NCBI GenBank assembly: GCA_964016885.1
Contig: OZ024742.1
Coordinates: 144,894,001 to 144,958,000, forward strand
Length of the DNA stretch: 64,000 nt
Direction of reading: 5' to 3'
Source: Eledone cirrhosa
Lineage: Eukaryota
Shown: piece after piece, positions 38,480 to 53,009 of the stretch
How the letters are laid out: each line of letters begins with the position of its first letter
Position numbering within the stretch: position 1 is the stretch's first letter
Notes under the pieces: generated by a model
What the model saw: only the letters and a program-made list of their open reading frames with translations
What the model was told of the DNA's origin: nothing
Databases searched by the model: none
Program-made: the position numbers and the translations under genes

Positions 38480-40418
38480 AGTAATAATAATAAATTTGAA
38501 GACTAAAATTCAAAGAGGGCTCGATAAGGATAAATATATATCAAATATATAAGAATCTTTTAGACTCCAGATATAAGCTGAAAGTGACGTCATATTCCTT
38601 CTTAGAGGGTAACGAAAAGAATGGGTATGCATGTAAAGACGCTGCTTGAATCTATTGGCAGTTAACCCTATGTAGGCCCTATGGGATAGAATTATACCTG
38701 ATAGAATTAAACCTGAAATTAGAAGTTTGGCCCCTCTTGCACTGTGGAACAATTCTTTCGCGGTGATTGATTGGTTCAACAGCATATGTAACAAGGAACA
38801 TTGCCGTTTTATCCAATTCGACATCAACATTTACTACTCCTCCATCACTTTACCACTTCTCCTTAGAGCTATCAATTTCGCTAAAACACTCACAGTGGTT
38901 AAGGATTTCGAAGTTGATGTCATCCTCAATGCCTGAAAGTCGGTGATTAATTTCGACGACTCTATTTGGATTAAATCCAATAGTACCCCATTCGACGTGA
39001 GTATGGGCGCCAGTGATTCTGCGTTGGTTACTGATCTTATCGGCCTTTTCCTTCTTTTCTCTATCAAGGATGAATTCCCCAACGCGGGCGGTGGTTTGTA
39101 CCGTGACGATGGTCTTTTGACCTTGACTAAGTGCGGACCTCGTGCTTGCGACAGGTTCAGAAAAGAACTCACAGCCTTCTTTAAAGGCTTCAACCTCTCT
39201 ATACAGGTTGAGGCCAATCTCTCGGTCGTTAATTACCTCGACGTTACCCTCAATTTATCGAATGGGTTGTATTACCCGTATAGAAAGCTTAATTACATAA
39301 GTAAGCATTCCAACCATCCTGCCAGCATAACCAAGAACCTGGTAAGAAACGTTTCGTTGAGGCTTTCCCGTCTTTCCACCAACGAGCGTATTTTCAACGA
39401 CCATTCCACTTATTACAATGAAGCTCTTGCTCGAAGTGGATTTGTCGATAAGGTAGCATATACAGAGTACGAAAATAGACCTAGAAGAAATAGATCCCGT
39501 CGCATTTGTTGGTATAACCCACCATATAATATGGAGGTGGCCACACCTTTAGCTAAGATATTTCTTTCCCTTATTACGAAGCATTTTCCTCCTAAACATA
39601 ACTATAGTAAAATTTTTAATAGAAATACTATTAAAATTTCTTACTCTTAACCTTGCACATAACATCTCAGCTTCAAATTTAGCTAAACTACCTAGCCGTA
39701 GGAACACGTGCAACCCTGTAGTTAGTACTAACTGTAATTGTAGGAATCAGGTTGATTGCCCCCTATCCGGGAAATGCCTCTCTAGTAACATTGTCTACAT
39801 ATGTGAGGTTGTAACACCCACGTCCCGTAGGGCCTACATAGGGTTAACCGCCAATAGATTCAAGCAGCGTCTTTACATGCATACCCATTCTTTTCGTTAC
39901 CCTCTTAGAAGGAATATGACGTCACTTTCAGCTTATATCTGGAGTCTAAAAGACAACCACACCCAATATAAGTTACACTGGGAGATCCTAGCTAGGGCTA
40001 GATCGTATAACGGAAATAAAAGACCATGTGACCTCTGCGCCGCTGAGGCCCTGGAAATACTCTACGCCACAGACCACATCTTAAACAAAAAATCTGAGGC
40101 AATTTCGGCTTGTAAACATAAATTGTACAAAACTTTCCTGTATTACAGCCCCACGTTATACCCTAACGGATAGTACGATCTATACGTGGATATTTTACGT
40201 CTTGATGTGGGAGCTAAGTATATGTTTTGTTTATACCATTACTTATTTGCATAGCGAACGTTTCCACGAACCAAAGTATCGTCTTCCTGTCTTCCTCCGG
40301 TTGCAACGTTTTTTGAAATATCCATTTCTGCGTTTACAGATTGACTTTGTTAGTTTCAGAAGATCCCGTTAAGGGTGAAAGCAGCGATTCTTTGCTTAAA
40401 CTTTAATCTGTTATTTTA

Positions 40419-40425
<7 letters not shown>
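38480..40425 (+). mobile_element. Second copy of PLE family A, rearranged pseudogene
   Basis: 38685-40173 is near-identical to the 26224 ORF but has stops and deletions. 38480-38685 is inverted (terminus plus ORF C-terminal piece), most of the 3' region is deleted at about 40255, and (TA)n flanks both sides. Confidence 0.95.
40352..40402 (+). ncRNA. Variant hammerhead (CAGAAGA core), family A
   Basis: Identical to 25231-25281. Confidence 0.7.
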
Positions 40426-40461
<36 letters not shown>

Positions 40462-40468
<7 letters not shown>

Positions 40469-40573
40469 GGAAAAAATGAAACGAAATTTCATTTCCCACT
40501 CTTAGTGCGGCTGTTACTTACACAACCGTACTAAGAGTGGGAAATGAAATTTCGTTTGATTTTTTCCGTTTAT
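40462..40573. repeat. Hairpin/inverted repeat
   Basis: ataaacggaaaaaat.aaacgaaatttcatttcccactcttagt versus its reverse complement. Confidence 0.9.
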
Positions 40574-40683
40574 CGTTTTCGCTGCACCCGGCCGATTAAC
40601 CCACTCGATATGCAAATTGGGCTATTCAGCCGTTAATATGCATAAGGTAAGTATATACGTTCAACAATCTGGCAGGAAGGTAT

Positions 40684-40726
40684 ACGTTGCTGACGATAGC
40701 TAATAAGCTTGAAACTAGTACAGCGT
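40684..40726 (+). ncRNA. Minimal type I hammerhead (family G)
   Basis: acgttg CTGACGA t-agct-aata-agct-t GAAA ctag TA cagcgt. Stem III is the palindrome actagt. Predicted cut after 40720. Confidence 0.88.
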
Positions 40727-40931
40727 TCCTTTGTCAGTGTTGAACAAACGAGCAACGATGGTTGCTGGACACTACGGCTTAATACGGGATGTTTGTTTAC
40801 AAACACACCGAGCATTATAATAAATGTTCGGTGAATCCATACGTACATATATATATGTGTGCATGTATGTATATATATATATATACATACTACTGTACGT
40901 CTGTATACATATATGTATGTACGTGTACCTA

Positions 40932-40973
<42 letters not shown>

Positions 40974-42074
40974 TATATATAGATATACATATATATATGT
41001 ATTTATTTATATATATGTATTTATTTATTTATTTATATACATATATACATATACTGCGCGTGTCTGTGTGTGAAAATGTATCCATTATTTTCCGTAATTA
41101 AGTTGGAAGTGTTAATTGTTATAAAATACCACATACAACTCCCTCTAACAAGAGAGCTAAAAATATCAACCCATAAATAATGTAATCTACTCAAATCACA
41201 TTTGTTATGATAAATGGCGGTCGCCGACATTAATACATCGAATGCCACTCGACATTGACCAACAATAAGTCTGTTACAAATCTACTTGACAATGATAAAG
41301 CAACTAAATGTTATAGAAACAAATAGAAAAGACAATCGAGAGTAAATAAAAAAAATGTACTGCTCATAACAAAACACTAGACAACTGGATACCCATTAAA
41401 GAACGAGTTAATGAGTAGATGTCGAGAGCATTTCACATAAGAAAACATTTCTTTTATAAATTCAATTAAATGCGACTTGAAAATAAATTCAAATATAATT
41501 ATACCAGGCGGACAGCGAACTATCTTGGTATTTTGAATATTCATACAATATTTGATTACGTTCTTGTCGAGAACATATAAAGAAAATGTTATGGGGGAAA
41601 ATATCTGTACCATCTCACACCCCTCTGTCTAAGTTATTCATTCTTTTAAAGAACTTGTGTCTTCGACTACAAAACAAACAAACAAATAACTAAATAACAA
41701 CTAACTAAATAAATGAATGAATAGCAGTCCACTAACATTGACTAGCCTTCAATTATACAAGATTTATTTATATATTTAGTTGATGTCTTTCCATGAAGAT
41801 GAACATTGTTTAGAGAAATCAGAGAGAAAAAAATGCACGCAACATATTTACAGAGTTTACCTTCTAACATACCGATATAATACACAAATATGTGTATGTG
41901 TGAGCTGTACGTTGTGTGTATGTCTGTTTGTAGGTATACAAACAGAAACGCACACACAGGCACACACACACACACGCACACAGGCACGCGGCGCGCACGC
42001 ACACACACACACACATATATATAATATATATATATACATACAGTATGTATATATATATATATAAAGTCTAGTCT

Positions 42075-42345
42075 GTCTTAAGCCAGAAGGCTCATTTGGC
42101 CAGTGCTTATCCCCGGTTTCATGGCGTGAAGCGACTGAGAGTACAAGACTCCCCCTGGACAGGACGCCAGTCCATCGCAGGGTTAAACCTCCAGCTATTG
42201 CTGGTACTTATTTCCAGCTGAGTATACTGGAGCAACGTGAAATGAAGTATTTTGCTCAAGAACACAACACGCAACCCAGGAATCGAACCCACGACATTAT
42301 GATCGTAAGTCCAACCCTCTTACCACTAGGCCACGTGCCTCCACA
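42075..42345 (-). mobile_element. SINE family 2 (Meta-domain-like), full length
   Basis: Minus strand: gtggcctagtggtaag (A box), gggttcgattcc (B box), cgatggactggcgtcctgtccagggg...agtcgcttcacgccatgaaaccggggataagc. Confidence 0.88.
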
Positions 42346-42678
42346 TTTATATAAATATTTCGTATCTCCAAAGAAATACAGTTTTAGGAAGCCGTAGTCA
42401 TGCAAACACCGGGAGGGAGGGGGGGGGGCTAACGTCCTCTGGTGATGTCCAGCAGAAGCAAGGGGGACAACCGTCTATGCATTTCAGGCTTAACTGGCCA
42501 TCGTCAGGACGGTCCCTCCCACCGCTTGCGACTGCTGGACTAGAAGACAGGCGAGAATATATACTTTTCTCGTCTGTGTAAATGAGGAGATTAATCTCAT
42601 TTGCATATGAAGCTGCATAAGTTGGCTCAACTTATAATAAAAAAGAAATAAGATTCGCTTCAAGCATAGCTTTTTTGG

Positions 42679-42714
<36 letters not shown>

Positions 42715-42718
<4 letters not shown>

Positions 42719-43186
42719 TAAACGGAATAGAAAATGCTGACAAATATTAGGAATAAAAGAGTATTAGTAATTGTATTGGTTAGTATTCAGTTGTGGTTTT
42801 AAGTTTTTACCGGTTGCGCATTTCTAAATGCTTTTCAAAAATAATTTTGAGATAGAGCGTCCGTGTTGTTTGCTCTGATCAGAGCAAACAACACGGACGC
42901 TCTATCTCAAAATTATTTTTGAAAAGCATTTAGAAATGCGCAACCGGTAAAAACTTAAAACCACCAGAGCAAACAACACGGACGCTCTATCTCAAAATTA
43001 TTTTTGAAAAGCATTTAGAAATGCACAACCGGTAAAAACTTAAAACCACAACTGAATACTAACCAATACAATTACTAATACTCTTTTATTCCTAATTAAA
43101 CTATTTTTCAACTGTGAACAATTTGTCAGCATTTTCTATTCCGTTTACCAATATATAATAACTTGTGTGTTACACCTCTATTCTTT

Positions 43187-43192
<6 letters not shown>
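42715..43192. repeat. Fold-back element in (TA)n with internal duplication
   Basis: Palindrome centred on tttgctctgatcagagcaaa (about 42880). 42880-42964 is duplicated at 42965-43049. Confidence 0.9.
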
Positions 43193-43242
<50 letters not shown>

Positions 43243-43247
<5 letters not shown>

Positions 43248-44120
43248 AGCCTTACACACGCTGATGGACCAAGACTAGACCATTTCTTTCAACAAATTTT
43301 TGGTGAAACATATCTTTGGATTTCTACGTGTGTTATATAGTTATAGAGGTATTTATTTACGCTTTAATTTATATTTTTAATTATCGTGTCTATAGTCTGC
43401 CTTTCATAGGTTATAGATTCCATACACTGGTGGTTTTTTCCCTGTATTATTGATAACGCACTATATATCTCTCTCTGGCGTGTTACTTTTTCAACATATT
43501 GTATTTTAAAGAGCTCAGGATCTCTTCTCCTTTGAAACATTATTTACAGGGAATAGCGAGGGCCTATGCCTCCGTTAATTTATCGTGATATTTCGCTCCT
43601 AATAACAGTCTTTCCTATCTCTGTTTGGTTGAGCACACTTCTCTGAGTGGCTTTGGGCTGCCCTTTCTAGCAGTTCGTCCCTCAGAGGCCACTGGTTCAC
43701 TGCCCTTAAACACGCTGTAACTTCTCTCTCCCACATGTAGCTGGACAGTCAATTTTAAAATTCTTTTAGTGTTGTCTGAAATGTATAGCCTTACACACGC
43801 TGATGAACCGAGGCTAACCCATTTCTTTCAACAAATTTTTGGTGAAACATATCTTTGGATTTCTACGTGTGTTATATAGTTATAGAGGTATTTATTTACG
43901 CTTTAATTTATATTTTTAATTATCGTGTCTATAGTCTGCCTTTCATAGGTTATAGATTCCATACACTGGTGGTTTTTTTCCCTGTATTATTGATAACGCA
44001 CTATATATCTCTCTCTGACCTTTTCAACATATTGTATTTTAAAGAGCTCAGGATCTCTTCTCCTTGAGCACATTATTTACAGGGAATAGCGAGGGCCTAT
44101 GCCTCCGTTAATTTATCGTG
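43243..44120 (+). mobile_element. Tandem element (539-nt period) with degenerate hammerheads, in (TA)n
   Basis: 43243-43590 is repeated at 43781-44120. CTGATG(G/A) acc...ggt GAAA catatc at 43261 and 43800. Confidence 0.7.
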
Positions 44121-44130
44121 ATATATATAT

Positions 44131-44200
<70 letters not shown>

Positions 44201-44740
44201 GTGTGTGTGTAAGGGAATTTTTATTCCTTTGTTCCAAATTTTGAATTGACCGCCAAAATCGGGGGTTACCTCCCTTTGGGAAAACCATGTGTTTGCTAGC
44301 TGCGCTTACTCTAGCATAAAACACCCGAGCGGACCAGAACGAAAAACTTGTTGACGAAGTAAACTCCATTGTTCTATCTTCAAAAACCATTAACTTGCAG
44401 ACCCCTGCAAGTGGATTTTGTTGATTTCGGATTTAAAGAAACCTAGCGAGGATATTGTGGATTATATGTGATGTATGTTATATGGTATATATTATATGTA
44501 TTATGTGTTATGTATGATGTCGACGCGATGGTCCAGGTTAGTCAAATTTTTCCTGAGTTCAGTCTTTTTCGTGGCTATGGTCACTGCGGCCCTTCTATCG
44601 GTCGCTGTCTTCATTTTGCAAAGCTGTCTAAACGTAATGTTATAACTCTAGGGTTATATACCCTATCCGAGTGCTTAGCTGCACATCGAAACTGCATTCG
44701 TTAGCTTGGCTGCAACCATGGCTTCGTTGATGCTGTACTA

Positions 44741-44809
<69 letters not shown>

Positions 44810-45613
44810 TAGTTAATTGTCTCTAATACTAAACATCTCAATAAATGGATAAAATATACGCATAAAATGTTATTCTAAGAAGTAATTTAACATTAAACTT
44901 AAACCAAAATCTCAATTTGGGGGAGTATAAGTCAGACCGACTAAAATAAGTTAGTCTAACTCATATAATCGTCTCTTTACCATGTTTCAAGAATAAAAGA
45001 AACAATACCTGCTATTTTAAATCATTGAAATAACCAATATTGTAAGAACTTATTCTGTCATCAGGGAATAATTCTTTGGAACAAGAAGAGATATTGGTCA
45101 TAAAGTTGAAGACCATTTGGTTGTTGAAACCGCATGGAGTCCAAAATGTTGTGTTGTTGAACTACTAAGTGAACACATCTCTATATATATATTAAGACAA
45201 TACGACAGGCTTATAATGATGCTAGAAGTAGCAGCAAATAACATAAAGACATAAAAGTTGCATATCAGACATGACGGCAACTACCCTTATCATTCTGGAA
45301 ATAAATTACATTAAAAGGATGAAATAATACAGCTTTGACAACTGACACCAGATTATAAGCTTTTTATACGAAATGCCACATTGGCTAGCGAGAATCGAGT
45401 TACAGATAGAAAATATAGGGTGATTGTTCAAGTGATCAAGGTGAGGGGTGATGTATAAATAGAACAGAGACTTAGCTTGAAGTCCATGGGGGAGAGGTAA
45501 ACAGCATATTCTTGACCTTTCCTCTTCTTGAAACGTATATGTATGTGTGTTAGCAAACGTAAAAAAAGAAAAGATAAAGCGATGGCTAGCAACACTATAT
45601 CCTCTGTGATATA

Positions 45614-45782
45614 CCGTATTTCCCGGCGTCGAAGACGCTACTTTTTTTCTAAAATAAGTCTCAAAAATCTACCATGTGTCCTGGATGCTGGAGGTTGTTT
45701 ATTATATTTTTTTCAAATTTTTGGTTGTGAAAATTAGGGTGCGTCCTCGAGGACGAAGCGTCTTCGGTGCCGAGAAATACAG
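45614..45782. mobile_element. Tc1/mariner-pogo-type MITE
   Basis: TIRs ccgtatttcccggcgtcgaagacgc / gcgtcttcggtgccgagaaatacag with TA on both sides. Confidence 0.88.
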
Positions 45783-45826
45783 TATCCATGTTATATATAT
45801 ATATTATATATATATATATAACATGG

Positions 45827-45857
<31 letters not shown>

Positions 45858-47439
45858 AGAGAAAAAGAGAATCAGTGTTGCGACGGATGGAATTTATTGG
45901 ACATATTGCAATCGTTTCTCTGGCGACCAGCTCGAAGCACGATCGATGTGATGATCGAACCTGACTCTGAAAATCGCAAGGTCCTCAGATACGTCTTGAT
46001 TCTACGAAGCAGATTTTCCTAATGTCCTTTTACATCGATATCCTTCGCCTGTCGGCTTAGATCCTGTTGTTATCATTCCATGAGTGGTCAAGAATTGTAC
46101 ACGTCATCGATATTTATAGCCACTCATGGTTGTCCACTATTTGGTTCAATATATATATATATATTCACTTTACACGCACTTCTTTTTATTGATATATCGA
46201 CCACATCGTTGACTGCGATCTCGGCTTGCTGTCTTCAAATGTTTTTTAATCAGTCATCCTCCAACACCTCACTCGCAACATACACACATCAATATATCGT
46301 AACTTATTTTTCATTAATTAAAGAATTCTCCGGTTTTATATATTATAAACATTGGTTATTGTGATTCTAAGGCGGTAAATTGGCAGGATCAGATAGAATG
46401 ATTGGCAGTATTTGTTCTGGCTCTCTGAGTTCAAATTATGCCGAGGTCAACTTTGCCTTTTATCTTGTGGAAACTACTACTTTTCAACATTAGAATATTG
46501 CAATAGAAGTATTTTTAATGGAATAGATTTTACTTGCTTATAGAAACAGCCAACTATCTTCTGAAATTCGTAACAATGTAATAAAGGAATCTTATTTTGT
46601 GAGTTCTAATTACTAGAAATATGTGTTGTAACCAGCTTGCTTGTCATAGATCTTCGCAATCAAAGTTATCTTAAGAAATAACAGTAACGATACTGTAATT
46701 CTCACTTCATTAGTACACTGAAACACTCAATGACAGTCATAAATATATTTAATAAGAAAATCAACACCAATTGTCTGACAAGTAAAAGGACTTTCAAATG
46801 TAGTATAATGTTTTGCGAACTAGTTCAAAAAAGAATTGTTATTGAACTACAGTTCTGTTAGTATAAAACCTTCTACTCCAGTATGATAATTTGCGGTCTT
46901 TAAAAAGAATACGACAAATAAATCTTCAGTAAACACTTATTGCGATTTCTCTACTTCTCTCTTTTCTCCTTTTCTTTCTTCCTTTGTGGAAATATTAGGT
47001 TATTCTTAATGTTGTTATTTCGCCGTTGTTTTTTTTACCTCAAGATTAATGAAGATGTAGAATTGTGGTCTATATTAATATTCAGTTGCAGATAACAAAT
47101 CACACAAGGTAACAATTTAAGTAAGTTACTCAATTAGAAATGTTATTTGTCTTTGATAAAATTAGCAGCTTTTCTGAAAAAACAAATAGACAAATATACA
47201 CCAATTATAGTTTTAAGAGAATAGAATATAGATGAGAGAAGAAAATCAAGTTGCTTATAGCGAATATTTCTCAGAAAATTACAAACACTCATTACGTACA
47301 TCAATAGATATTATATAGGTTGATACCTCTCTACCATGTAACATATTTTATAAAATTATTACATTGTCAAAGGATAACAACCCTTCTAAATTCTAATTGT
47401 CAATATTTGTTTTTGTTTAGCCCCCCCCCCCCCCCCCCC

Positions 47440-47910
47440 CCGATTATCAAACCTTCTCTGACAGCCATTGCCAACAATTTGACAGATTAGCGGCGACAAT
47501 CGCACACGTGCATCCACACTGTGGTCCTGTTCGATTCTTACATAATAACGCTCGTCTGAATACATCAAGGATGACCCATGAGAAGCTATTGGCGCTAGAT
47601 TGGGAGGTTCTGCTCCACCTGCCGTATTCACCCAACCTCGCACCTACAGACTACTACTTTTTTTATTTCAATAAGCAATGCAGTGCAGTCAAAGACCTTT
47701 GCCAATGAAGACCAGTTAAACCAGTTAAATTCTTTGCATCGAAGTCAGATGAATTCTACAAAGATGGAATCATGTGCCTTCCTATACGATGTCAGACGGT
47801 AGTCACAAATTGATGGCGATTATTTTGATATGTAAAATGTCCCTGATATTAAAAAAAAGCCAAAGTCAATAAAAATTTGGAAAACGGCGAGAACTTTCTG
47901 TCTAACCTAA
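47440..47910 (+). pseudogene. Mariner transposase 3' fragment with right TIR
   Basis: FLHNNARL...WEVLLHLPYSPNLAPTDY, matching HDNARPH / HPPYSPDLAPSD. Ends ...ctaacctaa|ta. Confidence 0.9.
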
Positions 47911-50824
47911 TATGATCTAAAATGATAGGACATGGCTTCGGAAGTTATGTTTTCTCCCCTTGTCAATAATGCGCAAGCATGCTTACAATCAAAGTGATTC
48001 CAGCTGTAACCTGTCTATCCTTTTAAGAATATATAATATTATATCACCCGTATTGATATAAAATGGTAGTGTGTGGTTTGAAGGCAGCTATTTCTAGCAT
48101 GTCGAGTGATGACGTAGCGGTTCCCATGTTGGGTCATTGGCGTAAATTTAAATATGGTCCTCTAATGGAACAATTCCTTGGTACAATTCAATGGTACAAA
48201 TTGAAAAAAATGATAAATAATCAATTTACAGTACACTATTCAACTTCGTCCTTGGTAAAGCACGGAGAGGCTGATGTATCAGTAATTCACTTAAGGGAAT
48301 GCATACGGTCCGACAAATATATAGGTATGGATATCGCGATTTTTGGAAGATCGCACAAGATTTCCGCAACAAAATAAGCTTAGAAACCACTACTCTAGAA
48401 ACACAATATGAAAACCAAGACTTCGGTCGTATCTGCAACCAGTATTGAGATATAAGACACATCAAATGTATCGTTAATATATTTACAACAATCTCTTTAG
48501 TTAAACGAAATCATGTACAAGCTTCTAGTTGATGGACAGCTTCACTTTACTCTGTGACAACCAATCATTTATCGATACTGCTAATTTGGGGCTGCAACTA
48601 AATTTTCTTAGCAAAAATAAATGTTATTTAATTCAATGTTTTTCGTTCTGGTACAAGAAAAACAAATCGGGAAAAAACATAAACAAAAAAAAAAGAAAAT
48701 TCTTTTCTATTCAGTATATTATTTGCAAAATCATTTTTAGTAAATTTTGTCATTCTTAAATCCCCAACCCACCTCTACCTAGCCATGAGCAGAAGTTATA
48801 TATTAGTTTTATATATGTTTGTGCGTGTGTGTGTGTATACACTAACGTAGTAACCGTTAAAAATAACGGGGTTTATAGTAAAACAAATGTTTAATATGTC
48901 CTTCAGTACAACATTCTATGCAAATATGCTTGAATCCTTGAATTTCCTTGACCTTCTCTGTCTTGTTACTCTAGCTATTGTCGTATTTCATTTAAATCAA
49001 TTATAATGGTTCTTCTATCTATCTATCTATCTATCTGTCTATCAATCTATCTATCTACCTATCTCTCTATTTTCGGATTGTTACTGGGATTTGTGCTTTG
49101 TTGCTGTTATTGTTTTTCTTGTACAAAAATAGATACAATGGTAAATATAGATAAATGGATAACTAGATTGAAAGTCAGGCAGACAGACAAAATATAGATA
49201 AATATATGGAGGATTTTGGTATAGCTGTCTCTACCACCACCACACACACACTCTCTCAATATATCTATCTATCTAAATGTAGGATTACCACTACCACTAC
49301 AATTGCCCCCCCCCCCTCTCTTTCTCTCTCACCCCTCCCCACACACACATACACGCTCACACACATACCATCCCCTTTTCAACATGGCAGACTTTTTACA
49401 CCACAGAAACACTAACTTCAATGAAATAGATGTCAAATATAGGACGATGACCTAAAGTCATTTCGAAGCTACTTACTACTACTACCACTACCACCACCAC
49501 CACCACCACCACTACTACTACCACCACCACCACCACCACCACCACCACCACCACCACCACCACTACTACTACTACTATCAGATTAACTCAGTTGCTGGTA
49601 GTTTGCAAATACACAAGAAAGGAGTGTTAGTTGTGGACAAGATGGTGGCGATAAGGATTGAAAAATCTCATCAATGAAACACTTTTCTGTGCTTCATTAC
49701 AAATAATAAACCCTTCTGAATTCCACTATAAAATACAAGCCTTCTCTACTCTTTCAGCTTACACGGTGGTGTTTTAGTTTTTAGTTTTTGTTGTGTTTTT
49801 TTTTTTCTGTTTGCTTTCACTTCATTAAAACTGGATAAAGGTCTTCCTGCAGATTGATCCGCTGCACCATATTTTAATCTATAAAAGCCGTGGATGTGTA
49901 ATCTCTGCAGTCGGCAGATTTTATGGCTGGTTGCCACTTAAGACAAATTTTCTCATACCAGTTTACAAAATGGTGGCTTTAAAACAACAATGATAACAAC
50001 AAGCACACATAAACCGTAATTTACTGACAAAATCGTGTTCAAATTTTTAAATAGATTTAAAACATAGAACAAGGAGCTTTTTGTGAATAAAGGTATTGGT
50101 TATAGTTTTTTTTTTAGTATTTTAAATGGTATTTTAGCAAGCACAAAAGTGATGCTGGACAAATTGTGTGGGATAAACATATTTCCCCCAAAGAAATGCC
50201 TGTAGCACCAATATTTTAAGTGGAAATGTCCACTAGTTAATGTGCATGATTTTTATCTCTCCTAGGAAACCTCCATCACGTCTTTAATTAAATGAACTAG
50301 TAATATAAATTTTTTTTTTTTAGGTGAATTATTATTGGAGAAATTTACATTGATTGGGCGATTAAATCCGCTTTTTTTTTTGTTATTAAAAAGAAAGGGA
50401 TTTAAGTGTCTTTACAGTTCCTTTTAACATAAATTACATTTTCATATATTTTAAGTTATCGGAGAATAAATATCTGAATTTTTTTTCCATTATTGTGAGT
50501 TTTCTCACTCGATTTAAACACTGAATTAGATCACCTATTTAGCTCAGTGGGTCCCAAACGTTTGTTTAATGTGCACTTAAGAGCAAATTTAGGACACACT
50601 TTTGTGGAATATGTCAAAAATATATTTTAAAAAGATATTTATATATTTTAGCCTACAAATATAACTATTGACAATATAATTTTATTGTTTTCGTAGTGCA
50701 CTGAGCTATCCCTAGCGACACATCAGTGTGCACGTGGCACATTATATATAAAACACTGGTCCAAAGTGTCGACAAAGACTGATTATCTAGGCTTAGCATG
50801 AGAATGTATAAAATAGTCACAAAG

Positions 50825-50827
<3 letters not shown>

Positions 50828-50855
<28 letters not shown>

Positions 50856-51200
50856 CTTCTTCTTCTTCTTCTTGGGAGTGTCATGTCGGCAGAGTCATGA
50901 AGCACACCTTCCAGTGGGTACTGTCAGAAGCAACCGTCACCAAATGATCCGACTGGATCCCCAAGCGTGACCAGACGAGTATTCGGTATTCGTGCCAACC
51001 CTTACTTATGGTCATGAATCTTGGGTAATAACTGGAAGAATATGATTGCAAATACAAGAGGCCGAAGGGTCTGTAGAGTAACATTACTTGATAGAGTGCA
51101 TAGCTGGGGAATATCTCAGGAAAGAATAGCTGGATAGTCTTTTACGGACAAAACCTACCGGCAGGAGATCCAGGCATAAATCCCGAACAAGATGCTTGGA
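50828..51200 (-). mobile_element. RTE-like 3' end fragment with (GAA)n tail
   Basis: LVWSRLGIQSDHLVTVASDSTHWK parallels the 32340 peptide, next to a (TTC)n tract. Confidence 0.6.
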
Positions 51201-53009
51201 TAACACACAAAGACAGTGGTTATTTAGGCTTAGCATGAGAATGTATGAAATAGACGCATAAAGATACATCGAAGTCGTTACTTTCTCTAAGATAACTCTG
51301 TAAACTGAGAACTAAATGTAAAAAATGCCGTGTCCAGAAACATAACGAAAACTATGCAGTAGATGTAAACACATGCCACATGCTATAATTTTGCCTCTAC
51401 AAAGGACTTGCAGGTGATATTAAATTCAAACTAATCATATTCAACTACATGGTGGCAGATATTTTAAAGTATAAAATAGAATGGTGACAAGTAGTTTGTT
51501 ATATGCTTAAAGATATTTTAGATTATTTATGCTAGAGAGATTGTGCAAGTCAGGAGACAAAATGTATGAAACTTTTTTGAGGGTTTGGTCATTTCTTTTG
51601 AAATCGGATATACTGATTTATTGGTATTGATTGATCAATATTGCCTCGACGATCTTTATGTTATTTTACTGTAAATTGGAAACCGTAAAAATTTGATCGA
51701 ATTCCAAGGGGAAGAATCAGACAAAATTCTAATTCAATTTGGCCATATTCAGGAGGTCAGAAAACTACATAAGCATTCAACTTGTTTCCAATCAGTTAGA
51801 TATAGTTATCCCTCAGATCTTAAGAAAGCGAAAGTTAACACCGACCAAATTGGTGATAATCGATGAAATACTAATTTGGATAGAAAAAAAAGAGGCGAAG
51901 AAATATGATGTAATTTCTAGTTTTAGTGAGGAGGTATATATATATATATATATAAAATGATAAAGAAAACGAACCAATTTGAAAGATGAATGCTGATCAG
52001 TGAAGATATATTTTGGTAGATGTAAAAAAAAAGAGATGTCTGTAAAAACTGTACATTAAATTCCCTACGGCTTGATTAGTGATGGTAATTTTCACGGTGT
52101 AAGATAAAAGAAAATGGCTTATACTTTAAGAAGAGAAAACATTGGTTATTTTTGATCTTTGCAATTTCTTTCATATCAATTTTTCCGTCATTGTCAGTAA
52201 CGGGTAATTACATAAATTGTAACTTGATCATAAACAGCGGTTACAGTGTTACATGCATAAGCCCGATATGGTGCAGTGTAAGCGGAATTCTATCCTTGGC
52301 TTTTACATATTAAGAGCAAATTGAATAAAATACGCAGGGTTAAGATACAGATTAAATGGGAACAAAGTTTAAAATGAAAGAGGCTCTATAAGACTTAATA
52401 TTAGTATTTGCGTTCTGATATATATACATAAGTTGCTTTGGAGATTTTCAAACAATAATCTCACTTTTTATTTCATTCATGACGTGATCACAGTAATATA
52501 TTCAATATATTTATGATACCTCATAATCATCTAATATGGAACTGTGATACTTTGCTTTCCATTATTTTCCCTAGTATGAAAGATTTAGTAGAAACACTCT
52601 GGTGTTGCCATATATAGAGTGGGCACGTTTGTTTCATCAATGGTAAAATTCCATTGAATGATGTAACGTTCTTTACAGTTTGGGAAACAAAAAATCCCCT
52701 ATGTGATCACCTGATCTGTTAGAAATAGCAGCCAAATCTCTTTCGATTATTCAAATATTTCGTTCAATTAATCTTATTGGGGTTATTTCTTTGGCTTTTT
52801 AATTTTTAGATATTAAACGCTCATAGATTATGATTTTGTCTATTAATTCATTATATAAGCTCAGATAATTGAAGGTTTTGATGTCACTATATTACATATG
52901 CGTGACTATGTATTTGCATTTAATGTGCAGAAAACCACAAATTTTAATGTCTATATGGCTATGCTTCCACATAAAGATGTACACTTATACACATACATAC
53001 TATAATATA

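Noticed and set aside
45910-45945. Hammerhead-like remnants (also about 10370-10430 and 13200-13235)
   Set aside because: The cores are too degenerate to call.
50545-50758. Possible Charlie-type MITE (cagtg...cactg)
   Set aside because: TIRs are weak and the flanking 8-mers do not match.
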